Of a DNA stretch of 64,000 bases, positions 1-14,800 are shown one piece after another. The stretch lies in assembly GCF_009914755.1 (NCBI RefSeq), contig NC_060930.1; one strand, written 5' to 3'. Below the pieces are notes generated by a model that worked only from the letters and a program-made list of their open reading frames with translations, had not been told where the DNA came from and made no database searches. Numbering within the stretch: position 1 is the first letter of the stretch; every line of letters begins with the position of its first letter. The DNA comes from the human T2T-CHM13v2.0 reference genome, Homo sapiens. Made by a program: the position numbers and the translations under genes.

Positions 1-204
1 TTTGCTTTATCTTGCAGAATATAATCCTGATTTTTCAAATGACCTAGGCCTCAGGGAGTTCCTTCATAGGGGGGCTAGAGTGCTTGAGCCCAATGGAGCA
101 GAGAAGGTCAGGGAAAACCTGAGCATGGGTTAAAGTGTCAGTGGACACTTTCGTAGAAATGCTTCCCAGAATGACAGTACAGTGATGCCAGGGAAAGAGC
201 ACTG

Positions 205-310
205 ACCTGAGAATGGGGAGACTTGGGTTGTGACTTAGCTCTTCTAAGTAGCTTTTGTAAATCATCATGGGCTTCAGAGTTTCCTCACCTGCAAAGTGAG
301 TGCAAATGAG
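205..310 (+). mobile_element. MIR fragment
   Basis: MIR core-like 'cagagtttcctcacctgcaaagtg' preceded by 'gagacttgggtt'. Confidence 0.45.
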
Positions 311-849
311 TTTGAACTCAGTTTTAACCAGGGGACCTTGATATACTCTGCTGGTGACTCTGAACCCCCTGAAAATACAAACAGAATTGTGTATTTAGGG
401 AAGTGTTTACAGCTAATGTCAGAATCTCCAAATGATTCATAATACAAAAAAAGTTCAGAGCCGCCAGACTAGTATCCCCAAGGTCACAGCATCACCATTT
501 CTCAAGTTCCGGAGCAGAGGTCATGTTGGACTGAGTGCCATTTTCTAAAATATGCCTGTTCATCATCTTTGTGGAACACATTTGTTTCCATCATTCTGAG
601 CTAATTTCAGCACCCTAAATGTCATATGCGCCTTCTCTGTGAACAGAAACAGGCTATTCTTTCTTTTGGGGACCCTCTTCTCTGGCTCCTTGGCTCTCTT
701 CTTCATCACTCAAGCTTTATTTTCTCCAGGGAGCCTCCTTTCTGAATCTGCATTTGGGGAATTTCCCCTGCCATGGCAGTCACAGTACCATATGAGAATT
801 GCCTGTTTTCATATGGGTAACCCTACTAAGCCTGAAGTTACCTAAAGTT

Positions 850-935
850 AGATATTCTTCTGATTTATGTGTCATTGTGTCACTTGTCCCATCAGAGTGC
901 CTGGCACATAATGGATGCCTGGTAAATATTTTCAG
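850..935 (+). mobile_element. L2 3' end fragment
   Basis: 'agtgcctggcacataatggatgcctggtaaatattt' resembles the L2 3' terminus. Confidence 0.5.
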
Positions 936-3900
936 TGGAACAAAAATGTTAATAGTTTTACAGGATGAATAGCAGCCCACTGCAGAATGGCTTATATCAT
1001 AGGCTTCCTTGCCAAAAGGAATTAAAAATTGCTTTTGAGTGTGATGTGGTTAGAGAGGAGAAAAAGGTTCAACTGCTTGGGGGAAGATGATCAATGATCT
1101 TAAATGGTAAAGGCCAGCAGTCTAAAGAGTGTTTGGGAGGCTGTCTCCTGAGTGTTGATTAGCTGGTCATTTTGGTCAGGCACGGGTCACCATTTTTTAC
1201 TCTTGCTAATGGATTATAGACAGCAGGGCTAAATAAACAGCAGTTCTCAGCTGGAATCTAGAGGTGAGTTATAGCCTCAGGGAATGCTCACCTTTTTAGA
1301 GTTAATGCTTTCAGGACATCTTGATAGATTCTTAAGACCACTAACTGGTTGCCGGAAACCCAGGATTAAATTGAGTTGAACCTCGGATTTCTGCTGAACT
1401 AAGCAGAACTAAGGCATGAGCCTTTACAGCTTGAGAAGGGTACTTCTTTCCTGATCTTTATCCTCTAGCAATAGCAACTCAATGAGTCAACATTTGCTGG
1501 TTCTTGCCACACTACTGAGCATGAATTTGCCTCAATTCTTGAGCCGAAAGATGGCTGTGATGCCGAAAAACTGTTTTTACATGAATGAAGGCCCATTTCT
1601 CCAGTTCTCAGAAAAAGAGAAAGTTAAATTTTTATTATGCTTGGGCTGGGATGGAGAAAACCCAATTAAAAAGTCGAGTTACATAGCTGTCATTTGAGTC
1701 AGTTAAGTGTGTCATTTAGTCCATGCATACATATATAGATTCATAACCAAATGTTAAGCCTATTAAAATATTTAATCACTACTTATTAAAAGTATCAGTA
1801 TAGAAACTAATCTTTTAAAAAGGGCTACCTTGTCAGCCTTTTAGCTTGCAGAAACGTCATACCATGGGAAATCATACTAAATCATTAAATACAATAGAAG
1901 CTTCCGCCTCTTCTTTCAAGTATATGAAAATAACACATGGCAGCAGGAAACCTACACTGTGAGTTTCTAGAAACTTTCTTTGCAGTTTGGTAGGATAAAT
2001 TATAGCAAGGATGACTATAACCTGTCACTTGGAAACTAAGTATTAAACCTTCTGTGACAGTAAAGAAAATGTCTTATATCATCAGTTACTCAGGCACAGA
2101 ACACAAAATTCCTTAATACTTAGACTCTCTCCCATAGGAATATCCACCAAGTGTGCAAAACTGGGCATTTGAGGATCTTCCTTACTTGCAGTGTTAGTAG
2201 TACTGAATATTAGAATCAATGGTTGTCAATTGGGAAATAGGAAATAGCTTATACTTTTGAATTTTGTACTTTGTATGTATCTATTACCCAATCCAAATAA
2301 TTAAAAATATTAAAAGACAAACAACAGCATACTGTTGTGGAATACTAAGCAGTCAAAGAATGAGATATTTCTCTGTGCAGTGACACAGAAAGAGACCCAA
2401 GATACTGAGTGAAAAGGGAAAGTGTTGAACAGTATATAGAGCTCTCATTTTGGTGGGGTTTTTTTCCTTAAAAAAGAAAAAAAAATCACTTATTTGTGCA
2501 TTATACCCAAATACTAATAGTAGTTCCCCTAGATGAGACTTGAGGGTACAGGGAGTTTTCACTTTAGATATTTTAGTATTGTTTAATTTTTTGCCAGTTA
2601 TGTTCCCAATTTATATATATTTTTAAATATTTTTGAAAACTTTGCTTAAAACTAAAAATTCTAGTAGAAAGTAGCAGAAAGATGAAACTACATTGTAAGG
2701 CGTATTCAGTCACTGGTGAAGTTAATATTAATCAGTAGGCCATGCTTAGATATTAAATTTGAGAAAGCAGTTGCTATAGTAGTTCACAGACATGGAAGGT
2801 CACTTGGGGCTGGGTTGGTCATGGACATAACTGGAGACAAGAGGCTTACAGTTTGGTTATTCATTTGCTTTAGTTCTTGTACCATTGGTGTGAATAGTAA
2901 CCACAAGTTTTTTATTTCTGGGGGCATGTGGTCCTAAATAGAACACAGAGATGCCTGCGGGCTGTGGTTTCTTGTGCGTTGATTCTGTTTATTCTGTAGT
3001 GTACAGAAGGTACCAGAATAAACCAAAAATGTATTATTAGCTCCTTTGGAAAGCAGGAATGTATTTCTCATCATTTTCTGACTTGTAGCTGGGATGGTTT
3101 ACCCAAGAGAGACAGAAAAGCATGTGTATGTCTTTTTTTCCCCAGGCTGTAGTGAGTTAGAGGATCAGCCAGCCTGCAGAATCTCTGTGGGCAGACTGTT
3201 CAGGGAACAGTGCCTTTTTTTCTCTTGGACACCACTGGCAACACTTCTGTCCGCAAGACAGTGGGCAGCTCATGTGTGGTGTGGACTCAGTCAGCAGCAG
3301 CCACATTCAAGTTGGCACTTTGATTCTTTGAAGCAAAACTGGTGTTTCAGGCAACTCATTAATTTGAGTTGAAATATGTTGATAAGATTTGTTGTTGTAG
3401 AGTCTAATAATTTATTTAGCTTTTGTCATATGGCTTGTCATCCTTAGAAGCTGTGATTTATTAATATTATTGATGCTCTTTTTAGCCTCTTATTTATACT
3501 TTTGCTTTAACATTCAGGTGGCTTCTAGTCTGAGAAGTTACAGTGACCACGTTTGAGTATCTGTGTTTTGTGCCAGTTTTCAAGTCTTGATTTTCTTCTT
3601 TCTGTTCTCATGAGTAAGACAGGTAGAGATGTTGACTGTAAGTGTCTTGCCCAAGACTTGAAACTTTAAACATTCTAGTGGATGTTAGCTTGCTTCCTCT
3701 TTTAAAAGATGTAGGAGAAAAATTTAAAAGAAATTACATTTGTGTTCAATAAAATGAAAAAGTTTGATGTACTTGAAGCTTTAACAGTGTATAATGCCTA
3801 TTTAAGAAAATCCTTGTCACAGTACCTGGCAAATACATGTTTTTAACTTCCTCGCATTTGAGTTTACATGTATGCAACATTCTTTGGATAGAAAGAGAAA

Positions 3901-5165
3901 GAATTTTTGTATAAGCACAAGGTATTTCAGTTCTGTCCCTTAAAGAACAAATATCCCAGAGGAAAAAGAAATGGAATTGTGAATCTGCTGTTCCCTGAGG
4001 TTCCCTCAGGTGTCCTTCTCTAGCTGTGAGCACATGGTGGCACTGGGTGGATTCTAGGATTTAAAAATATGTATTTCTCACCTAATATTGCTCTCATTAG
4101 TGAAATCTTATAATGTACAATTCATAGTCTTTTCAAGGGTACTTTAACATAAGCAGTTCTCGTGGATGCACTGGCTTAAGAACCTCACTCCCACTTAAGT
4201 TACAGTTTCACAGTACTTCCTCAGTACTGCACCCAATACATATGCATGAGATGGACTCAGGCTTTACTGGACTAATTGTTAAGGAAAAGAAAATATTTTC
4301 TCATCTTTGAAACTAACACAGAAATCTTTTGCAAAATGTATTGTTACTGTAAAAAGTTTGTTAATAATGCATTTGTTGTTAATACTGTCCATGCACTCTT
4401 TGATTTTTTTTACTTCTTTTATTAAAGTAATTTAACCAGTTTATGCCTACCATTTACTCTGATTAGTTTTGTGTTGTTGGAATACAGCTTCTTTTCATAT
4501 CTTTAGAGAGTTCTAGTTTATTTCCTGTAAGTTCTGTCAATTGAAATGCTGTGTGTGTCTGATAATTCACTATTACTTTTGGTAAGATGTATAAGTAGAT
4601 TTCCTGCTAATGTTAACTGGAGATAGGTGTACATATGATTTCTGGCAGTGGTCTTTACTAAATAGATTCTACTGATTGCAGCCAATCTGTGAAATCTTTG
4701 TGCAAACATAAATATAAAACTAATATTTAGGTGTCACATTATAACATTTAAAGTACTTTCATTTATACTACCTCATTTGAAACTGAAATAATCTGATATA
4801 GATATTAATTGTCACCTAGGACTCTGAGAAGTGAGAGCTTCTAGAAACTGAGAGATAAAGGTTTAGAAGGGAATAACTGAAATAATCTCCCTAGAGAAAG
4901 CAAATGGAGTCCATCCAAAATGGTGTTTAATCTTTATTTTGGCTGCAACTTAAATGCTTTGACACCGCAGGCACCTCCTTCCTCTTGGCCTGATTCATCA
5001 GGTGCTCCTGGAAACAGGTAATCCTGCAGCTTCACACCAGCCCTGTCAGTGAGGCTGTGGCCATCAGAGGTAAAGAACTCCTCCTTCTGGGTCCTTCCAA
5101 AATCACCTTGACTTTCTCTCTTTACATTGAAACCTAGTACAAGACCATAAAAATGTGTCCTGTAA

Positions 5166-5202
5166 TTTTCTCTCTCTCTTTTTTTTTTTTTTTTTTTTTT
5201 TT
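5166..5202. repeat. (CT)n-T24 polypyrimidine microsatellite
   Basis: Directly visible; the T run spans 5179-5202. Confidence 0.9.
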
Positions 5203-5356
5203 GCTCTGTAATCTGGAGGTTCTAATGGGAGAAGTGAGAGCAGAAAAGGGAAGCACAGGAACCTACTGAGGAATCCACTTGCAAAGAGTATGTTGCGTCT
5301 TAAAAACATAACACCGTTTTTACATTTTGAAACCAATCTCAGGAAGCTCCTTTTAA

Positions 5357-5659
<303 letters not shown>

Positions 5660-6526
5660 TGAGTAGGACCTAATGTCTGTCCATAAGGCCTCTTACTCCC
5701 TCATGTGATTGTGTTATATCCAGTCTGCACCTAGAGCCAGCTCAGGTGAGGCCACTGTGGGACTCTTCCGGGAAGGTTACCCTACATCCTTGCAGAAGAA
5801 GGGCCACTCCTATCTATTTATCATGTTTGAAATTCCATAAGCAGTTTTTTGGTTTTGAATTATAGCTAAGGCTGAAAATACAATACTTCTAGAAGTGGTA
5901 ACAGAGTCTCTTAAAATCCAAACTGATAGTTCAGAGGATTAGTATTAACACCACTGGCATACTGTTTTTAAGCCATTGAATTATTTTGAGTCATTGTATC
6001 TTTGTTTTGTAAATTGTGTGGTTAAACAAAAAATTCACAGTAACAGCAAAATGCTATTATAAACCCTTTGCTGAGAGCTGGGTTTGGTGGAGGAGAACCG
6101 GAGTGCCCTGGGGGAATGGGAGCCCAAGTGGGAGGACTTTAAGACCCTAGAGAAAAACGTGGTGGAGTGTGTTACTGAGGAAAGTACTAGTGTCCAACAT
6201 GTGCAGCCACATCACTGTCAGAACAGTTTTGAAGTTGTATAAAATAAGCATTTTAAAAGGGACTCTAAATTATGACATTCTGTGATGAAATAGTAAACAT
6301 ATTAATTTAGCAGATATTTTATATGATCTCAAATAGAATTATACATCATTAAAAAAGAAGGGGCAACCTTGTCCCAGGCCTTTTTCTTTTTGTTTTTGAA
6401 TTTTGTGTGTGTTTGTGTTTTAAAGCCAAACTTGCAACAGAACACCCCCCTTATTTCTGGTGTTCTACCCCTGGTCCTCCGTATAGATTCTACCTTGTCA
6501 GCCGCAAAGTTCATAGCATTTACTGA

Positions 6527-6751
<225 letters not shown>

Positions 6752-6855
6752 TAAAAGATTAGAATGGCACCTAATAAGGATATTCTTTATTTTCAATTAG
6801 TATGTTCTCTGCTTTGCCTTCAGCATTTAGGAATTTTTTTAGAAGACAAAGATAG

Positions 6856-7320
<465 letters not shown>

Positions 7321-8582
7321 TAATTGTTCCCAGTGAATGCTGTCTCTTCCCATGTTGACTCCATTCACTTGCCATGAATTGACTTAGTGCCAGACCTCTG
7401 TGCCTTCTTCATGTAACCAGCTCACCTTAGCCTTCTTGTAGAGGGCTTATGATCTTAGTTGGATTAGTTAACAAGTTTTTGTTCAGAAATTGGAAAATAC
7501 TAGTCACCATTACTTTCATCTGTACTTGAAAATTTCGTCTCTCAGACATCCATCATCTCTAGGTGTTGGTGACAAGGCTTGACATCTTTCTAGCAGTTGA
7601 CTTTGGCTTCTTAAATTCCTTGAACTAATTGAGAGTTTTCTTAAGCAGAGCTTAGAGGGAGTACTTGCAGCCCCCAAAACAAAGGCAGTTTTTAAATTAT
7701 TGCCTATAGTCTTTGTTATTCCAGCTGTCACCAAATGGGATTTTAGGCATTTACAATCGTAAAGGGCAAAACGCAAATTAGGGATGACAAAATCACTCAC
7801 TGTGGATGACTCTTTAATGCTTACCTCAAGACTTCTTAGAGTGTGATTATCACCAGTGACTTCATTGCCTCTTCCAGTATTTTGTTAACCTAGTTTGGTT
7901 CCCCCTAAAGCTCTTGGATAGGCCATTTAAAAGATGTACATGCTGTTTTATGAGCTAAAGATCATGTAACATATTAAATAATATTTTAAAAATTACTCAT
8001 ACCCTGTTACTTAACTTCCAGTCTTAATTAGAAGAGTGTGAACTTTCATCAGTAGGTCATAGAAATAGTACACACAGCAGCAAAATAAGAAAAAGTATAC
8101 TTCCCTCTTGATTTCCTTTTTCTCCCATGCCTCCCATGCCTCATTCTGGGTTGAAGGAAGCCAGAATCGCTTTGGGTAATAGTAGAACATTATAGTGACT
8201 TTAATTTAGGATTTTTTATTTACTCTTTTATCTTTTTCTTTCCCCACACCCTGTAATTATATCCTAAATTTTAAAATAAATGTTCTTGCTGTTTATGGAG
8301 CCTTTTTATTTTATAGTAATTTCATATTTTTATAAGTATTCTTTTATTCTGAAAGTAATCCTTCTATAGTAACTAGGTAAGTTACATGGAACACTTTCCC
8401 TTTTCCTTAACTACCAGTGGGCAGTTGATGAATGCACATACATCCAAAGAAAGCTTTTCCACCCATTTTAAGAATTTCTAAGAAGGTAACATTTGTATTG
8501 GAATGCTAATGCCTTGAAGCTGCATGTTTTGAAAAAAGTAGTGGAATAAAACCAAAACACTCACTCCACTGTTTGTTTTTAG

Positions 8583-8741
<159 letters not shown>

Positions 8742-10072
8742 AGTTTCACCTCCAAGTTTTACCTCCTGTGTCTTCCTCTGCTGTCGAGACGTTCCTGTCT
8801 GCTTCCCGGGAGCCTCACGTGCTCCTTGTCCTAACCAGCCCCCGCGCGCCATCTTCCCGTGGAGTGTGGGGAAGCTGCTGTCTCCCAGGAAGTGCCTTAC
8901 TCATCCCGCAACCAGTCAGCGCACCAGTGGTCTCCCGGTGTGATTTTTTTTTTTTTTAATTTCAGTTGTTTGTAATAAGTAGAATACACTACTGTAAACA
9001 TACGACCTTTGTTTTTGTCTTATGTTGGGGTAAAGGAAAGCAGGAAGGGGAATTTTTATCCTCCTCCCTTCCGTAAAGTGCTGGGATATTTTGAATCCCC
9101 CAAGTTCCCTTGGACCTACTGATGAGAGATAGTTTTATGTATGGGGAAAAATGGATACTTTTTAAACCTTTTTTGGCAGCTCAGATGGTGTAAATTTTAA
9201 AATTTTGTATAGGTATTTCATAACAAAAATATGTATTTCTTTTTTGTTATTTTATCTTGAAAACGGTACATATTTTAGTATTTGTGCAGAAAAACAAGTC
9301 CTAAAGTATTTGTTTTTATTTGTACCATCCACTTGTGCCTTACTGTATCCTGTGTCATGTCCAATCAGTTGTAAACAATGGCATCTTTGAACAGTGTGAT
9401 GAGAATAGGAATGTGGTGTTTTAAAGCAGTGTTGCATTTTAATCAGTAATCTACCTGGTGGATTTGTTTTTAACCAAAAAGATGAATTATCAATGATTTG
9501 TAATTATATCGGTTGATTTTTTTTGAAAAGATGAACCAAAGGATTTGACTGCTAATATTTTATTCCTTACACTTTTTTTCTGAATAAGTCTCTCATAATG
9601 AGTGCAGTGTCAGACTGTGCCTACTCTGATGGTATGTGCCATTTGTAAAATAAAATAGAGCAGAAAAACACAAAAAGAGAACACTGGTTCAGACATTCAG
9701 TGGGCAAGTAAATTATGGACTGCAAAATAATGATTTTTATTCAAGAAAGCTTTAAAAGTTTTATATCCAGATATACAACCACAATAAAGCAAAATAACCT
9801 ACTATCAAAATAGAAATGTTGCTATCTTTATAAGTGCAATTTAATTTGTAAATAGAGTTTGAATCAAAGTATCACAAAATACTGCTTCAAGATTTAATTT
9901 TAAATCTGCTAATTTAAGGGATATTGGGAAAAGTTTTGGTGTGTTTCTGTTGATTTCTTTTTTGTATGCTGTGATAAAAGAGAAATGAAAAGTGCCAGTC
10001 ACTGTGTGGTGTCTAGGAAAATCATATATATTTTTTTCTCCAAGAAATAAATTCATCCTGGACATTGGCCAT
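8742..10072 (+). other. LRRC1: LRRC1 3'UTR (3' end approximate)
   Basis: Repeat-free, AU-rich sequence after the stop codon. AATAAA at 9649-9654, 9783-9788 and 10046-10051, with T/GT-rich sequence after the last one. Confidence 0.8.
10046..10051 (+). terminator. Probable main poly(A) signal of LRRC1
   Basis: Canonical AATAAA, a CA dinucleotide ~20 nt downstream and U/GU-rich sequence at ~10078-10103. Confidence 0.65.
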
Positions 10073-11637
10073 ACAGCTTTTTAAAATTATTACTTTGTAT
10101 GTTCAAGTGATAGCAGGTAGCCAAATTCTTTGACAGTGTGCTCTGGTCTGTTAAATATCTAAATTACCCGTCAGTTGTGAGTGACCTCCTGTGGGACTTG
10201 CATTCACATGGGGCAGAGCCCAGAATTGCCTTTGACTCTGGCTAGTAATTTTGGGTTGTGGCTATCTGGCCAATTGGACTCCTTATAAACCCGTCTTCAA
10301 CCAACCAAATACAATACTTTTTTTTACTTCTATACATTTACTTATTGGGTTCACTTAGCTTTTTAGTCTGTGTGTATGTAAATATGTGTGTATTTTAAAA
10401 ACTATTTATGGAGCTGAAAGTACATAACACATAAGTGAGTTTCGGCTGGTCAGTTTTATACCTTGTTCCCTAATCTGTGCATACCAATTTTCTTTTCTCT
10501 GTTTTAAGATTTTTGACATCCTCTATTTTGTTTTAAGCTTATAAAGATAATGCCACTATCTCATGGGCTGATTATATATAAGCAAATTGGTTTTATTTAA
10601 TGAGAATTGTCTTGACGTGGAAGAACAAGTAGAACTTGCATGGCGTGTTTTGTTTGTTTTTATATAAAGCCCATCCTTTACTACTCAGTTCATCATGGCT
10701 TTTCTGGACTGGAGGTGGACAGAATGGTGTGTGTGTGCTTAAATTTTCCTAGGAAATGTCATGCACCTAGTTTATTTCCTTTGGCCTATCTCCTTTAGTT
10801 CATGTTCACTTAGTTTGCTTTTTGTTTTCAGTTTGGGGGATTTTGTTTGTTTCCCCGCTTCCTTTGAGAGGGAAATGTCGCTTTCATCTGAATGTTTTAC
10901 GCTGGTGACACTGCAGTGCTCTTGAACTTCAGGGTGCTGGAACCAAACTCAAGCTTCACAGTGGAAACAGCACCAGCCAGACAGTTCTGCCTTGAGAACA
11001 TGCCAAGCCGTTTCTAGGAAGGCCCCTCTCATAGTTATAAGAAAAACTTGATTATGTGAAACGATACCTTTCTCTGTCAGTGCCCCCCCCCCCCCACCAC
11101 GACCCCCGTCCCCATCCAGCCCTTCCTTTAGGAAAGGGAGGAGTACAGTATATGGCTGGCTGTTTGTCTTGTGGGAGTGACAGGTGAAAGCAGGAAAGGA
11201 GGTTAGTATGACCTGTTCACCCACTTTTTTTTTTCCCATAGCCAGTTATTTCTTCTTTTTAGCAAGAAAATAATGTCTCAGTGGGTAAAATAGCCAGAGA
11301 AAAAATGAGAGGAAGTGAAATAATCAAAGTCATTGATAATGATAAGAAATCATAAAATGTCTGCCTAGATATTGTTTTTTTTCTGGAAAGTTTGGAGGAA
11401 TTGTCCTGACTGACCCAATCTTTCTGTCTAAAAACATACTAGCTGGCTGTCAATGAGGTGAGCAGGCAAGGTGGGATCACTCGCACCAGCCTCTCATAGC
11501 AGCACTTCTGCCATCTCCTGTGAAATCTACCACACCCAACAAGACATGCTTAGTGAATGGGGTGGAGGCTGGGAAAATTCTGTGTCTGAGAGTTACTCTG
11601 AACAGCCAGTCCTTCCCTGGTAAAATGACTGACGCTT

Positions 11638-12037
<400 letters not shown>

Positions 12038-12404
12038 TTAGGGACATTGCCACTCAGTGACATCCATGGAGAGTTGCAATCTCACTTCACCATTGTTGTT
12101 GTCTTACCTCATCCAATTTTCCAAAGAGCCAATTAAAAAAAAAAAAGAGATAACTTTATTATGGAAAATTCAAAACATACAAAAGTAGAATCATCATTGA
12201 CCCTCCTATAGCTATCACTCACCTTCAATAATTAGCAACACAAGACTAAGGCATTTAAAAATGCATGTTTTTAAAACATGTATTATGTTTTAAAATATGT
12301 CTATAAGAAAGTGCACAATGAAGCATTTTTTTTTAAAGCTCTGGAAAAGCAAACAAATGTGCTTTTTAAAACTGCTTTGGAGTTACAATTTTTGAGTCAA
12401 CATG

Positions 12405-12595
12405 CCAGTGGAATCATGCATATGGATATAGGTCTGAATCCCAGCCTGCCACGTAGGTATGGACAAACTAACCTCTCTGGGCCTCAGGTCCTTCATCTTT
12501 AAAATGGGGCAGTAATAGTCCTTTCAGGCTTAGAGTGAGGATTAAGTGGGATACATAAAACACGCTCTCAGGAAGTGGGTGGCTGCTATTATTAC
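12405..12595 (+). mobile_element. MIR
   Basis: 'aacctctctgggcctcaggtccttcatctttaaaatgggg' MIR core and 'gtgaggattaag'. Confidence 0.7.
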
Positions 12596-13431
12596 AGGTC
12601 TTGCTGTTTTTGTTGTTATAGTAGTGTTATTAGCACCCCTGCAATTCCTGCCACCAAGCCAACAGTGTGTCATCAGATGGGTATGTTCTCAGGAATGAGG
12701 ACACACACTAGTTCTGATGGAGAAAACTTTATTTGAAAACTGTTTCACCTGTGGTTTTATATATAGACTCCTGCATTATGTAATGGGTGGTGATTTTAAT
12801 TTGTCCTGTGTGCTTACTTAATGGTAGGTCTAGCAATGGTCTCATGGTAACCACCTCATTTTAACCAGACTTACTAACTAGCCATCCTTAAGGTAAAACT
12901 AGATCCTACCAAGAAACCATGAGACAGCTAGTTGAGAAAAGGGTCTCCTTTTCCAGAAAATGTCCCCCTCTTTGTCATATTCTTGGTTTTCTAGGTTCAG
13001 GTCTCTGGTGCTCATTTTGCCTTGTCTCTATTTCACCCTGGATTTTCATAACATCTCCTTTTTTACCTCTTGCTTTGTTCTGTCTCCTTTCTCTCAAAGG
13101 AGGCTTTCATGTATCAGAAGGAACGAGTCAATTTAAGACATGGATCATCCAGGGAGAAAAACCTGCTGGAACAAATAAATTAGTGCAGCCTGACGTGGGG
13201 CATGTAGAGAACACTCCCATCTTGTTGGAGTGGTTTCTTTTTTAAAAAGCAGACAGCTGGCGGGAAAGGGAAACCAGAAAAACCTGATCTGTTCCTTGTG
13301 TTCAGTGGGCTGTGTGGAAGATTGGAGATGAGGTTTTGTGTCTGGCAGTAGGCCAGAAGGATAGTGTAACTTTAGACTCTGAGAGTGGGCAATCATTGTG
13401 ACAAGCATGGATTTTAGCCAAGGGCTCTTGA

Positions 13432-13779
<348 letters not shown>

Positions 13780-13864
13780 CCAAGTTTCTTTTGCAGCATC
13801 AACATTTAACTTCTAAACAAAAAACGAGCTGCCCTTTTTTACAGTAAGATAGTACTATGAACTA

Positions 13865-14062
13865 CAGCAGCCATTCACTGAGTACTTACTATGCGCCCTA
13901 CACTGACCTAGCTGAACACAGCCTCAGCTTTCCAGAACACCACCATGAGGTAGGTGATGCGATTTCCTTTGTGCAAAGCAGATAATTAAGACTCAAATAG
14001 TTTTAGGAATGTGCCCACGATCAAACAGTAAGGGACAAAGTCAGAATTCAAATTCACATCTC
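13865..14062 (-). mobile_element. MIR
   Basis: 'cactgagtacttactatg...catgaggtagg...gtcagaattcaaa' matches reverse MIR. Confidence 0.6.
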
Positions 14063-14313
14063 CGTTGACATTTCAATCACCCCTTTATTTTACTTTGCTC
14101 CCCTTCCCCAGCCAAAGCACTGTAACCTGTAATTACATTTAGAGTTGTATTTGTCATAATGGTGATGGTTCTGTTTTTGTCAAAATTACATAGGCTATAA
14201 GTTATAGACTAAGACTGGCATGGAACTGAGTGAAATTTAATGAAATTGATGCAGAATTGGGCCTTCATTTAAGCCTAGTGATTGCAAACACTGTGATTCT
14301 GCATTCTCTAACC

Positions 14314-14800
14314 CAGGGGTCCCCAACCTGTACCCCAGGGCCAGGTACCAGTTCTTGGCCTGTTCGGAAATGGGCCACACAGCAGGAGGTGAGCAGTGGG
14401 CAAGCAAGCATTACCGCCTGAGCTCCTCCTCCTGGCAGATCAGCGGCAGCATTAGATTTTCATAGGAGTGCAAACCCTATTGTGAACTGCACATGCGAGG
14501 GATCTAGGTTGCACGCTTATTATGAGAATCTAATGCCTGATGATCTGTCACTGTCTCCCATCACCCCCAGATGAGGCCATCAAGTTGCAGGAAAACAAGC
14601 TCAGGGTTCCCACTGATTCTACATTATGATGACTTGTATAATTGTTTTATTACATATTATAATGTAATAACAATAGAAATAAAGTGCATGATAAGTGTAA
14701 TGCACTTAAATCATCCTGAAGCCACCCTCCCTCACTGGTCCATGGAAAAATCATTTTCCATGAAACTGGTCCCTGGTGCCAAAAAGATTTGGAACAGCTG
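14314..14800 (+). mobile_element. MER1A (hAT-Charlie non-autonomous DNA transposon)
   Basis: Starts CAGGGGTCCCCAACC with a MER1 body; perfect 8-bp TSD CTCTAACC at 14306-14313 and 14801-14808. Confidence 0.9.
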
